From: Epiperipatus broadwayi | Taxonomy: Eukaryota; Animalia; Onychophora | DNA: 64,000 bases | Reading direction: 5' to 3' | NCBI GenBank assembly: GCA_028023455.1 | Contig: JAQFVV010000006.1 | Span: 15,872,001 to 15,936,000 of the forward strand | Shown: one piece after another, positions 12,770 to 26,052 of the stretch | Position numbering within the stretch: the stretch's first letter is position 1 | How the letters are laid out: every line of letters begins with the position of its first letter | Position numbers and translations under genes: made by a program | Notes under the pieces: generated by a model | Databases searched by the model: none | What the model was told of the DNA's origin: nothing | What the model saw: the letters and a program-made list of their open reading frames with translations, nothing else

Positions 12770-13840
12770 TGCTACCTACTGTAAGATTTAGTAACTAATA
12801 GATGGAGATGATAGTGACTAGTAAATCCCTATCCAGTTGTTTCTTAACCAATATTTTCTGATCAGTTTCTAGCTTATAGCTTTCATCAGTGTGGAACTTT
12901 GGATCTTGGAACATTACATCTGGACCTTTAGGATTGAATGCATCTTCCTCCTATCAGCTATCAATTACTTCTCTGGTTTGTATCAAGGTATCTACCCAAA
13001 ATGTTTTCAATCTAAAGTCAATGTACTTATTTTGTCATGAAGATCTGAAACTAGTTCAGTAGCTATATATTACAATATCCTTAGCTTTTAATAATAATAA
13101 TCACTTAGCCACAGGTTAGAAGTGTCTATAATTGTTTAAAAACCTGAGCATAGCATACTTTCTAGTGTTGTCCCATACAAACTGAGCATATCATAATTGT
13201 TTCCTTATCCAGTGTTATCCTATCCAAAATTTTTATACCTATGGCTTTCATCAATGTGCAACTTTGGATCTTGCAACCTTATGCTTGGACCTTTAGGATT
13301 TAATGCACCTTCCTCTTAGTGGCCATCATTTATTTTCTGTTTTACTATCAAGATATCAACCCAAATTAAAGAAACAAATGTTTTCAATCTAATCAATCTA
13401 TCCCTATAGTCATATAGATCGAAAACCACCTTAGTAGCTATATATTATAATGTCCTTAGCTTTTAATAACTATAAACCTTTAGCCATAGGTTAGAAGTGC
13501 ATGTAGTTGATAAAATCTAAGTATCTTATAATATATAGATACTGAATGGAGATCAATATGATTATACAGGAAAATCATCTTAGATTGGAAATATTTATAT
13601 ATTTATCAATTTGGGCTGATATCTTGATAGTAAAACAGAGATAAATGATCACTGGTGGCTGGAAGATGCATTATATTCCTAAAAATTTAAGCATTACTGC
13701 AAGATTCAAAACTCCTCACTGATGAAGGCCATAAGTGAGAAACAAGTCTGGGTATATTGGATAGAACAGCATTGGAGAAATATTTATTAAGCATTATCAT
13801 ATAACTTGTATTAATTATTAAAACTTACAGTACATGTCAT
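12770..13840. mobile_element. HHR family A (A2) compound element: two tandem minus-strand units plus an inverted plus-strand unit
   Basis: ~370-bp direct repeats at 12830-13200 and 13200-13540 carry HHR relics (tttcatcag at 12881, tttcatcaa at ~13246). The inverted unit at 13590-13830 has cctcaCTGATGAaggccataagtgaGAAAcaaGTCtggg at 13712-13752. Confidence 0.75.
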
Positions 13841-14621
13841 AGAAGTGTGTGGAAAAAAGGATATGCTGATGCATCAGCAGTGTGTAAGTTGAAGTCATGT
13901 GATAGTCATGTGATTGGCTGGATGAGACTGATGCGATTTACATATAATAAATTACTTATATATTCTCTTATGGTTTATTACATTTATAGCATGGTGTAGT
14001 AGTTTGTTTAAAAAATGGGTAAAAATGATTATTTATTAATCTACCTTCAAAAAGTTTCTACTGGCTTCTGTAATGAAGTTTATTTAAACTTAGGCCACAT
14101 AAATCTTAATCTGTTTCCTTCAACTGCTGTCATTCAAGGTTTATTTAAGATCTTAGATCCTGATAATAAAAAGTTGATTTCTATTATTATTTGAGTGTTA
14201 CCTTGACAACATATTGCTGATATTCTATTGGTTAATATTAAGCACAGGCTTAGATGATGTTACTTATATATGATGGTCAATTGGCTATGTGTATTTATGT
14301 ATACAATCTACAAATTAAATAAATAAAAAAACTAAAATTAAAAATTTCATCATTACTGTCATAGACATTTTTGTATATATTCCATATAGAATTGAAAATA
14401 AATAATTTATTATCATCATCATAATTTTTTTTTTTAAACATATAAATATTTTTATACAATTATTTTTGTTTATTAAAAAAATAGTTGGGTGTTTTACTGC
14501 TTGGGATTCATAAAAGATTTGAGCACTAGAACCATCAAAACTGGAACCAATGTCTTTGAGATCCAGAATCTGTCAATCTATCTTCCTACATAACTATGCA
14601 TATTTTTATCTATTTATATAT

Positions 14622-16453
14622 TGTACTGGGTTCGATCCGATGATGATCATACTTACCCTGCATGCTTGATTTTAGCTGGGTTCATTCTTATTCATAATAA
14701 ATTTATAATCTTATTTAATTATAAATATCACGTGAACGAACTGTCACGTTCGAGCAAAATGGAAAAATATTATTGATAGCTTTAGCTGTCAACAATACCC
14801 ACAATCAGACCGAGCTATGCAATGCATCACATGATCACATTTCCAGATCATGGCCCACCTCAGCTGCTAGATTTAAACCCCTACTATCCAAACACTTTAT
14901 TTGTTTCGGAGTAAACCCCGGGTGCCAGCTAGTCTAAGACTAATATGTTCGGACAGTAGGCCCATAATCCAGCACTCAAAAAATCCCTTAACTAGCTCAG
15001 TCCTGTTTTAATTCAATAACAAAGTATAGTTTCAATTAGTGTTGAAAGAATTGACAGACAAAATAAAGTTTTAGTTTATAAAGACAATTTATTTTAATTA
15101 ACATTTACTAAACTAATTTTAAATATTTTATAAATCTTATTTAATTAATATAACACACACACATTTATAATTTACACACTATAATATCTTAGGTGAAAGC
15201 TTTAAATAATATTTGAAATTTAAAATACAATAACATCAATATACTAACGCATGAACACACACATCATTTTAAACACATATATTAATAGTTTGTCTCTATA
15301 GAGTTCTTAAACTTGACTCTTGAGGCTTTACAAATGTGATGGCTACTTTAGAAATGAGTACAATAAAAATATTATTACCTAGGATTTTGAATATGGATGG
15401 ATCTTGCTGTTTGTTGCTTCTAATGAGATATCTCTAACCGGTTAGATTTGAAGTTTTCTTGTGGAGATTTGATGTTTATTATTCCGAGGCATTTTCTTTA
15501 AGACAATTAGATATTGAACGGCTTCAGGTTGTTATGCAAACATCACTTTTATTGGGTAGATTGGCTGTTTTCATCGGACATCAGACTGGAGAAAGTCGTA
15601 TGTTTCCGAGGTTTTAACACTGCATTCTTGATTCTGGATCCATAATAAACTGACTGATATAACTCTCTCAAATGCAACTCAAAATCAACTCGAACTCAAG
15701 TCTAATGCAACTAACTTGACTGTTTTCTGAACTGAACTGCATGCTGAAAAAAACAGGACTATTTATACCCAAGGTCTGTTGTTGTTTTGATATCCTCCAG
15801 CAATATCTGTTGTTGAAATTCCTTTGATAATCCTTTAACTACATGTTTTTTGAGATCGTTTAATTAGTAGCCATGCAAACATGTTGTTTTTATATTTTTA
15901 ATTAGTAGCTAATCCTTTGGAGGTAAGCTTTTTAATCCTGTTGTTTTTTATATTTGTGATTAGTAGCCATCGCTGTGTTTTAAATATATTTTTCCTTTAT
16001 TTTATTTTAATATTTATTTTCAAGTGTTTTTTTAATATGATTTTAACACGCATGTATACATGCATTTATCATTTCTTTGTTCACTCTCATGCCTATATAT
16101 TTTATTCTAATAAACTCGATTTTAATTTTACCTTTTTTCTTTCTTTAACTTGAATGAAAAGAGATTTATATTTTTAAACTTTTAACTATTTATTTTAATG
16201 AATACTAATAAGAAAAAACTCTTTACTTCTTTTATAAAACTTTTAAACTTGATGCTTCTAATCAAACCCCCTCCCCTTCTAATTAATTAATTGTAACTTT
16301 TATTTCAACAACACTTAGATTTTTAATTTTACGTTTTCGACAGCAATAAAAAAACTCCTAAACTTTTGATTTTACGTCTTTCTTTTACAAAAGATCTTTA
16401 TTTTAATAATTTTTTTAAACAAAATTATTATGTGCCAACACAATGTTGGTACA
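14622..16453 (-). mobile_element. Probable solo LTR (gypsy-like), 1832 bp
   Basis: Ends TGTAC...GTACA, flanked by the 4-bp direct repeat atat (14618-14621 and 16454-16457). CpG is retained relative to the flanks, there is no ORF, and a TATA/Inr pair lies on the minus strand. Confidence 0.65.
15728..15768 (-). promoter_or_regulatory. TATA box plus initiator-like repeats within the putative LTR
   Basis: Minus strand tataaatag (15767-15759) followed ~30 nt later by gcagttcagttcag (TCAGT-type Inr). Confidence 0.5.
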
Positions 16454-16670
16454 ATATTTAATAATAAACAATGTTTTTTATACTTTATACTTTCACTTTA
16501 TTTTTAAATAACATACTACTAAATAAATAAAAACTACTCATAAAGTTTGTTGTTTTAATAACAGAACCAAAAATATGCACATATAGAATCAATAAAATGT
16601 AACATTAATATCATTGAAATAGAATTAAAACTCTATTTGAAAAGATGATAGTATGATCATAAAATAATTC

Positions 16671-17033
16671 AATGGATATTCACTCTCAAGATCCTGTGAA
16701 ATTTAAATACCAGAAGTGACCAATGGATAATCACTCTAAAGATGTTGTGAAGTTCAAATACCAGAAGTGACTAATGGATAATCACTCTCAAGATCCTGTG
16801 AAGTTTAAATACCAGAAGTGACCAATGGATAGCCACTCTCAAGATGCTGCAAAGTTTAAATACCAGAAGTGACTAATGCATAATCACTCTCAAGATCCTG
16901 TGAAGTTTAAATGCCAGAAGTGACCAATGGATAGGCACTCTCGAGATGCTGTGAAGTTTAAATACCAGAAGTGACCAATAAATATGCACTCTTGAGATGC
17001 TGTGAACTTTATAAATACCAGAAGTGACTGATG
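16671..17033. repeat. 51-bp minisatellite, 7 copies
   Basis: Unit tggataatcactctcaagatcctgtgaagtttaaataccagaagtgaccaa starts at 16672, 16723, 16774, 16825, 16876, 16927 and 16978. Confidence 0.95.
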
Positions 17034-17293
17034 TACTGAGTTATAATCTTTATTTGATCTTAATTTAGAAGTATATATAACATGAATTTGTCATTCATAC
17101 ACTACTCATGCATATAATGTCTTTTATTTTATATAATTAAACTATCATATAGCGCATAATTATTGATAGTTTTTTTTAATGGAATTTTTTATAAAAGCAA
17201 TATTTTTATAGAAAAAAAGAACTCATACAGATTCAAATAAATTTTAGGATAAATTGATGGGTACTTTCAGTGTAAGTTCAATATTAATAGCCT

Positions 17294-17465
17294 GGGTGCA
17301 GGGCTCTCAGATCCAAGCCTCATCATGAATGAAGACTGCAAGCTAGAACCTAGTCTGAGAATATTGGATGAGTACTCACAACATAGAGATTTTGATACAT
17401 AACCCTTCTAGAAACCATTGATTACTATGACTTCACTGGATAGCACTGCTGTATGGAGATAGTTG
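17294..17465 (+). mobile_element. HHR family A copy, ribozyme core decayed
   Basis: Matches the reverse complement of 6990-7170 (gtgcagggctctcagatcc...agctagaacctagtctgagaatattggatgagta...gctgtatggaga). The core is mutated. Confidence 0.75.
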
Positions 17466-20400
17466 ATATTGTTTTAAATAAGAGTTTACTGTTAAAAGGC
17501 TGCTTTATTTTAAGATTGTCACAGTCAATGATAAAGAACCATCATGTGATATATTTGTGGTTTCCGTATTGATTTACAGTGTCATGTAATTATTTTTTAA
17601 CATTTGCTTTTGATCTCTAACTTTGTTTTGAAATTAAAATGGCCTTACTTTTGTTTACTTGTGACTTCTAACTATGATCCAGTAATATATATATATATAT
17701 GCATGTGATATCTTAATCCTAAATGAAATCTGGAATTCACCTTTTATTCATAGAGGTTGTCTTGACAACAGATTAACTTGATGTTGATAAGCTTGGCTAT
17801 TATCATGTGATTTATATTTGTTTAGCAGCCAATATAAAATCAAGTATATTATCTAAATAATAATTAAATTTAGTGGGGTTTAAAATATTTTAAAAGACTA
17901 TTTATTATTCTGCTTTTAAAACAGATTATATTTGCTTGTTTATTTTAAACTTTGAATTTAAAAATCTCGATTTATTAAAGCCAAAGTATCAGCTGTCCTC
18001 TTTATATTAATATCTTACACCAAAATGAAAAATGGAATCCATCTTTTATTTATAGAGGTTGCCTTGGCAACTAATTGAAGATTTCAGATAAACTTGCATT
18101 ATTATCACGTGATTTACATGTATATATATAAACAATTTGCAAATGCAACAATTTTAATTAATGCTTCTTCAAACTAATAATCTTTCAATAATTATATAAG
18201 CAAAAGGTAAAACAGGCATTTCAATAAATAAGTCATAGCAAGATAAAAGCCTTCCAGGAGCCTACCTTAGAAAAGAAGAAGACAGTTGTCATCAGACTTT
18301 CCAATTTTCAAGATGTTTGGGTTAGAACATTTTTCTATTCTTGTATTATGTTTTAGCTAAGGAGAATTAAATAACTATTTACTGATCAACGTTGCAGGGA
18401 TAAGTAGACTGGCTAGGAGGTAGTTACTCGAGTAAAAAATCCTAAACATTTTTCCTCTCTTGTTTTACCTTTTATCTAAGGGATAGCTAGATACTCATTT
18501 ACTGATCATTATAGGGTGGTTAATCGGATTGGTTTTGGGGCAGTTATCCAAGAGAAAATTTTTATCCTCTTAATAAAAATTCACCTGACACTTTACTTAA
18601 CCATACTTAAATAATTCATAATAATTATTTAACTAAAAATTATTTCTTTTCTTTTTTTATTTTAATACTAAAGCTCAAATATTTCTCCTAAATCATTTGT
18701 AAACTAGCATTAAAATTGTCCTTCATTTTAATCATTTATTCCTTTTTGTACTCATTCGTACAATCTTATATCTCTTGAAATCATTTATATTAATGTTATT
18801 CTTACACATGATTTTATCTATTGACCTTTTCTACACATTCTGAGTGCATATTAAAATCCAATAACTTTTTTTTCTTTTGCAATAGCTGTAGTGTGCTGTG
18901 GCAGAATGAATTCCAGATACATATATATTCTAACCTCCCCCACCGCTCGATCGTCCTCCCCAAAATTTATATATAGTGTTTAAATTCCGGGTTCTAGCTC
19001 AGTTAACAAATAAATAAATAAAATATCCAGCATTCATTAAAATGATTACTAGCTCTAATCTTTAAAATACAAATACGGTTATATTTTTAAAATGAATTAA
19101 CAAATATTTACTATTTTCATGAGACATGGAGTGACGATACGGGGAACGAGATAGACTACATTGAGATATTATCCACATGATACTATCTCAATGGCATAAG
19201 AACACTATTCCCCTTTTTACTATACCAAATAACTAACTCATAGTATTCTTACGACTTTCTAAGCTCTATTCACTACGATTAAAATAATAATCATATCTTA
19301 ATATTCTTTATAATAAGAATCTAGCTCAATTAAATAAAATAAAAAAAAATAAATAAAATAAAATAAAATCTCAGGTTCATAAATTGTATTCTAACTGATT
19401 TAAAATTACGGTAGTAAACTATGAAAAGGGAATTTTATGTCATAATCTACTACACAGCAACTAACAATAATAAATAATAATAATAACAATAATAGTATAA
19501 TATAATCTTATTTCTTCCTAAATGAAATAAATAAATACGTACGTGGTAGTATTTTAATAATCTGACAACAGAATACGTGTGGCAACATTAGCATATATTT
19601 TAATGTAATATTGTGGCAACCGACTTATGACCAATAAATAATATAAAATTATGATCTTTTAATTTTAACATACCAATAAATTCTCAAAATTATTATAACA
19701 CTTTTATGTTTACCTTTTTGTGCAAAAACTATATGTCTGTTTCAATTATAAATGTATCGTGATATCATGCATCCATGTGGAGAAATAACAACGAGGACAC
19801 AAAACTTTAAAATAAATTTACAACAAAGTTTATTAATAACATAAACAAATAACAATATTTTACATTATGTACATTGGATATCCTTACTCTCCTATCACAA
19901 CTTAGTTTCCTAGTTTATAAAAAAATGAAAATCAAACTTCTATTTATTTTCCTAGTTAACTCTTATCTTTTAAATGCTTAAGAAAATACAGTATTATTAT
20001 TATTGGATTTCTTATTATGGTTAGCTTGTTACAAAATGTATTTCTTATATGATTATCATTAACACTTTGTATCCCTACTATTATTAAAATTATATTTTAC
20101 AAAATTACATTCGTAGTAAACATTCTACAAAACAATAAAATTCTAGTTTTATATTGGTTGTATGGAATCCTACAAATTCAAAAACATTCTTCTACATTCG
20201 GTATTAAGTTTTATTGTTCATTATCCGATGTTTATTAATCCTAATATACTCATTCAAGCCTTACTTCGGATGATATAATTACAACTATTAACATACCATG
20301 CACAAATATATGTTTATTACACATTATTGAATTATTTTCTTAATAAATATGCAATATTTATTTTCTAAAATATTATTTAAAACATTCAAATTTTATTATC

Positions 20401-20569
20401 ACTTTTAAAAAAAAAAACTTTGTTTAGATTTCTCTTTTAAAAATCTTATATTCATTTCCGAATTAATTTTAAACTGTATTATATGATTCTTTCTCTCTTT
20501 ATGATATTTTGGACTTTCAATTTTAAAATTACACAATTCTATACATTCCAGCAAATAAACTATTCTTAC

Positions 20570-22520
20570 ATAAACGATAACATATCTTCAATTCTATTTT
20601 ATTCATTATTTCTTTGAAAATATCTTTCTGACGATGCAGATTCACGAAATAAGGATAGCGAAGATAGATGCATAGGATCAAAATATAACTAGAATATTAC
20701 TCATCATAAACCTTGACAATAATGGCACAGTGAATTAAAAGACACTATAGAGGAGTGACCTTTATCTGTCTACCAACCTCTATTATAGGAGTGATGCTAA
20801 AGCTATTTCTTCAGCTTTATTATAACATCAAAAAGTTTAAAGATATGCAAAAACACTGTCCAAACTATATGTGTTCAGTCATAGGACTTAGTTAACTATA
20901 CTGAAATCACACAAACTAACTATGATCCAAATACTTTATTTTTCCTATTTCTTAACAAAAACATCATCTTGGTTTCCTCTCCACTAGTACTACCAAGTCA
21001 CTATCCGATCTTATTTCTCAAGATTTTTCTATACGGTACATCGACAAATTCCTATCTGCATTTCTAACAATAATAAAATTCATTTATTTCAAAACTATTC
21101 CGCTGTTCTATAAGAAAATCTTTTTACTACTTTCCTCGTATATTTTATCATATACAAACTATTTTAAAATATCTGAATACTTTATTACATGAAAGTTCAA
21201 AAGAATCACACAATTGTTCTGTCGAATTATATTATTAATTATACTTTAAATAACTTATTGCATGCATATTCAGAATTACTCCTATCTCATAATATGTTTT
21301 AAAATGTTGTATAAAATGTGTACATATAATTTAAACTTTCACACATCATTCTTAATCAATAGATGATCTAAAAAAAAAATACATTATGCATTATAAATAA
21401 ATATCAAAATTACCAAACGATCTTTATCTTCTCGATCGCGTTCTGTAGGCTTCACCATCCCATTGATTCTTGTAGATATAAGACTTCCATACATACACTT
21501 TATTTTTAAAACAATATTTCTATCATTCTATTAAGCTATTATATTTAATTTTTTAATATTACTAAATTTATGTTTATATGTTTTCCCTAATCTCACATAG
21601 CATTTTATATTTTAAAATAAATTAGTAAAAAATATTTAAATTATATTTACGGTACTTCTTTATCGAACTTGCTTGAAAATCGTTCATATTAAAGCTAAAA
21701 AAAAATATATTATTTCTTCTTCAGTCACTTAATGTTCTATTTTAAGTAAAACAATTATTGCTCTGTTTAGTAAATATTCATAGACGACAATCCTTGGTTT
21801 TCATAATATTGAACACAATTATTAATTCTGATATTCTCTTCTAATATTGTCTGCTAGTATTTTCCCGCGCGACTTTTCCGATGCATCTTCTAGGTACTTT
21901 TATTTAAATCTTCAATAAAATTTTCGGTTTCCATGGATCCATTTTCATTAAGTAATTTAATTTTATATTTTTTTTAAATCAAGCATTTCTTCCATTGAAT
22001 ACTTTATAATATTTTTTAATTAGATAAAGTTTTCGGCTCCTTTTCTATAAAACATAATAACTCTTTCATATTATTCTATAACTTTTTCTTTCTTTGAAAT
22101 TCTGGTACTATATTTTTATAATATCTCTTTTTAAAAGATAAACATTTTTTCTTCATTATTACTTTTATATAATTTTTCTTTATAATAAAACGCATATTAA
22201 AATTTTCCATAGAGAAGAATAACATAACTTCAAAGTAGCCTTATAAAATTTGTGCGTCATAATTTTTTCCTGACGGCAAGTAACTTCTCTTTTAAGTTTT
22301 CATATAGCGTCCCAATTATATTTCTCTGAGTTATAATAATAAGTTTCTGGTTGAGCATAAATAAAGCTGTATTAAGGCACTTTCCAAATATTTTTCCCTT
22401 AGCAATATTTTTAGGTATTTTTTCCTGTACTTCCATTTTACTGTAGGGTTTTTGGTTAAACTTGAATAAAATATCCTGGTAAGATAACTTTTAAAATTAG
22501 CAATCCATGTAGAGGCAGTC
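20570..22520 (-). pseudogene. Highly degraded hAT-like transposase relic
   Basis: Minus-strand fragments VPLLSR...FAILIS*SASSERYF resemble the hAT C-terminal dimerisation motif (LAxxLLxxPASSxxSERxFS), and LIKNDV lies upstream. Many stops; termini not found. Confidence 0.35.
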
Positions 22521-23706
22521 AAAATATATTATATGTTACAAAAGAACTTTTAAAATAAATACAAAATTTTAAATTTATATCACTTTTCCAGCTACGGTGT
22601 TATCAGCTAAAAAATATGTTACTTTCTCTTTCACTTTCACATTACTTCTCCCCTCCCGCTTCGTCTAATTCTTATATTTTGTCTGCTAATTTACCTCCGT
22701 TGATTGGTTAATGACTTTTTAGCGCGAACAAATTTACACATTTTAGTTTTATAACAGACTAGACTTTTAAAAATAAAGAATTGATGACGTAATGTCTGAA
22801 AATATTACTTAGACTATATTTTTAAATTCAATTATAGTTTTATCAAAATTATTTAAACTTTAAAAACAATTATTAAAATAATATTTAATATTTCAACTTT
22901 TACTTTAAGGATCGATGGCAATTATATTTAGTTTCCTAATTCACAAACTTTATTATTATTTTAACAAGCGTGTGTGTGAAGGTATATAATATACAGTCAC
23001 GTGTTTACTAACTTTATCAAATGATTTTTTATTTACGTCTCGGTCTAAATTACCAAAACTGATATATTTTATAAAAAATTTGGAAAATAATTTAAAATTG
23101 TAGAACTAAATATAATTCTCACCATCCTAAAGTTTATTTTAAAATATATTCTATTAATTTTGACTATTAAATATAATTATAACACTACATATAGCATTTA
23201 TTTAATTTATTAGTTTTAAAAATTTATATTCAAATTATTAATATACTTTTAAACTATTTATAGCTGTATTATTTTATATGGCCAGCTTTTACAACCATAA
23301 GCAAGAATATAATTAAGCTTTATTTAACTGTTTTCTCTTAAAATAATCTATTACATTTTTATATACCAGGTATTTTCAGCTTTAAATTGTACTATAAAAT
23401 TTAATTATCCTACTATTATTTATATATCATACAAATATAACTTAAAATTTAAAATTTTTTAGTAATTGACCTTTCTACCTTATTATGACCTACAGACAAG
23501 GGCACAATATATATATATATATATAAACACAAGTGGCAAGCTGTGGCTTGTTGGGCCATGTGCATCTTTTTGAACCTAATTTTACAGTTCTTTTTATCAT
23601 GATAGATACATTTTTAAATTTCACCTTATAATTTGTAAATAAATATTTTGATGATGCTAGAAGAGAAAAAATGCATTTCACGATATTGTATCTTGAATTT
23701 AGTCTT

Positions 23707-24035
23707 AAACGTTCCAACATCAGATTGTCAATGAAATGGAAGGCTGAAGAGTTGTGAGTTGGAATAGTTTGAAGCCTGTTCATTAAAGTATGAAGATTGA
23801 CTATCTTAATATAAAGCTGAGCACTGATTATAGATATGTGCGAGGATAGTAATCTAGACCAACTGATGATTGCTGGTTTAGCATGAAATATGTATATTGG
23901 TGATTATTTATCTTTTCAACATGTGTGTGATCAGGTGGGTCAGCAACATGAGAGTAGTGGGTCATGTGAAAGTCTGAGTTCGAATCCTGCCTATATTACA
24001 TATATAAATGCAGGTTTAAGCCTGTGCAATGTATT
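23707..24035 (+). mobile_element. HHR family B element (HHR plus downstream B-box)
   Basis: Colinear with 38059-38397 and the reverse complement of 25425-25730. HHR at 23858-23901, gagttcgaatcc B-box at ~23976-23987, 3' hairpin caggtttaagcctg. Confidence 0.8.
23858..23901 (+). ncRNA. Minimal type I hammerhead ribozyme (family B)
   Basis: ACCAA-CUGAUGA-U UGCUG GUU UAGCA U-GAAA-UA UG UA-UA-UUGGU. Stem I is 5 bp, and the cleavage triplet is AUA. Confidence 0.8.
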
Positions 24036-24736
24036 AATAGTAATTATTGTATATGATGCATGTTTAAATATTAGAAATTTGTGAGTAAATCAAACTAACA
24101 AAGTAATTTTTATTTGTTTATTTTTGAGAGAATTTTTATTTTTGTTAAAATGTATATGGATTCTATTACGTTCTATTTTTAAAATAAATACACAGCCATT
24201 CAAAAATTCATATTTTTCATGAACATATTTTCCACCTCTTTTTAATGGGGATGGGGCAGGAGAGATACCACTTTTCTTGCAGCTCTTTAATGGCGGTGGG
24301 AGTGGAGGTATTTAAGCAAAATGACTCTTCCTGTTAAAAAGTTTGCTAAACCTGGTAATAGAATATTAAAAATGACATTTATTTAATATGCCAATAATTT
24401 CTAAGAACTGCTGTTGTATTCTAGTGCCATCTTATATTAAATTAATGAACTATCTCACAACATGCAACTATCCAAATGCTTATAGCAGATGAAAATAGAA
24501 CAGTCCCAACTGCTCCCTGAGTTCTTATACACACAGCAAGTATGAGCAATAATATTTGAAAACTTTGATATTACTTAACAAAGGTGTTTCTGAGTTTATT
24601 TAACCCAAATACTTAGAATAAACAATTTTGAAATATTCATCCTCGTAAATTTCTAATCCATCATGAATATGTAATGGCATATTAATAACATTTATTTAAC
24701 ATTTAATACTGAATACATTGGTTAACTTTTACTATA

Positions 24737-25392
24737 CAATTGTAATTGATATAAGCACTAGGAACGCTGAGTAAGAAAAGCTTAAAATAAAAGATTTATT
24801 ATATTATGCTAAACAGCTTTTGATATAGTAAATGAGAGGATTGTGGGTAAAAGATATAATGTAAATTTTATGTAAATTTTTTAGAGAGGGGGGAGCAGGA
24901 TTTTTATTTATTTACCAAGTTAACATTGTTGGTGACATACTAAACCTACTTGATCTTGCATTTAGAATCATTCCTTTTTATGCGTTCAATGCTAGCCGAT
25001 GTAGACTCAAATATGTGGCCACGTATTGTTTTCATGCTCTAGAAATATGGACTTGGTAGTCTAGATTATTTTTAGCCCTGTGATAGAGGTATTGGTGTTG
25101 GGTAATCTTATTGTGAAGCTGGCATGAGATTCTTCAAAGTAAACAGCACTGCAACTAGTTTGATTGCAAGGTCTCGTAAATGATATGGAGGGTTTGGTCA
25201 TATAACACATGTGGATATATTTATATAAAAATTACATTATATCTTTTACCCACAATCCTCTCATCCATTAGTCATTGCTATGAGTATGGTATTAGGATTA
25301 AGATATCAAAAGCTGCTGAGCATAATATAACTTTTATTTTAAGCTTTTAGTATTCAGTGTTTTTAGCGCCTATAAAAATTTAACAATTAATA
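24737..25392. mobile_element. MITE-like element with long (~140-170 bp) imperfect inverted repeats
   Basis: 24740-24880 (aaaagcttaaaataaaag...cagcttttgatat...gagaggattgtgggtaaaagatataatgta) is the reverse complement of 25215-25380. TSD not resolved. Confidence 0.6.
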
Positions 25393-25531
25393 ATTTATAA
25401 AACCTGATATTGTGGGAAGGTGTTTAAATATAAGGAATTTGAACTCAGACTGCCAAGCACCCTTCAATTATCCACACTATCTCATACCACTGATACACAT
25501 GACCACACACCTGTAGAAAAGATAAATAATC

Positions 25532-25575
25532 ACCAATATACATATTTCGTGCTGAACCAGCTCTCATCAGTCGGT
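25532..25575 (-). ncRNA. Minimal type I hammerhead ribozyme (family B)
   Basis: ACCGA-CUGAUGA-GAGCUG GUU CAGCAC-GAAA-UA UG UA-UA-UUGGU. Confidence 0.85.
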
Positions 25576-26008
25576 CCAGATTATCATCTCCCTCACATAT
25601 ATATAATCAGTGCTCAGTTTATATTAAGATAGCAAATCTTCATACTTTAATGGACAGGCTTCAATCTACTCCAACCCCCAACTCTTCAGCCATCCATATC
25701 ATTGAAAATCTGAGAATGGAAAGCCCAAATCCCATACTAATGCCAATAATATTGCCATGCCCATGTTGACCTCATCACTCTGATGCCTCTTGTATAGGAC
25801 CTTATCCATTTAAATATGTAGAAGAGGGATGGGCAGGATGCAGGCTTGATGTGAAAATATTTGCAATACAAGCATTCTTCATATACCTGGAGCTTAATTT
25901 GTAAATATAGGGGATTTGAACTCAGATTACCAAGCACCCTTCAATTATCCACACTATCTCATACCACTGATGCACATGACCACTCACATGTAGAAAAGAT
26001 AAATAATC

Positions 26009-26052
26009 ACCAATATATGTATTTCATGCTGAACCAGCACTCATCAGTTAGT
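26009..26052 (-). ncRNA. Minimal type I hammerhead ribozyme (family B), fully paired
   Basis: ACUAA-CUGAUGA-GUGCUG GUU CAGCAU-GAAA-UA CA UA-UA-UUGGU. Stem I is 5 bp, stem II 6 bp and stem III 3 bp. Confidence 0.88.

Noticed and set aside
14649-14657. ATACTTACC resembling the U1 snRNA 5' end
   Set aside because: The match stops after 9 nt, with no U1 stem-loops or Sm site.
16671-17033. CRISPR-like array
   Set aside because: The units are contiguous near-identical repeats without unique spacers, the context is eukaryotic, and there are no cas genes.
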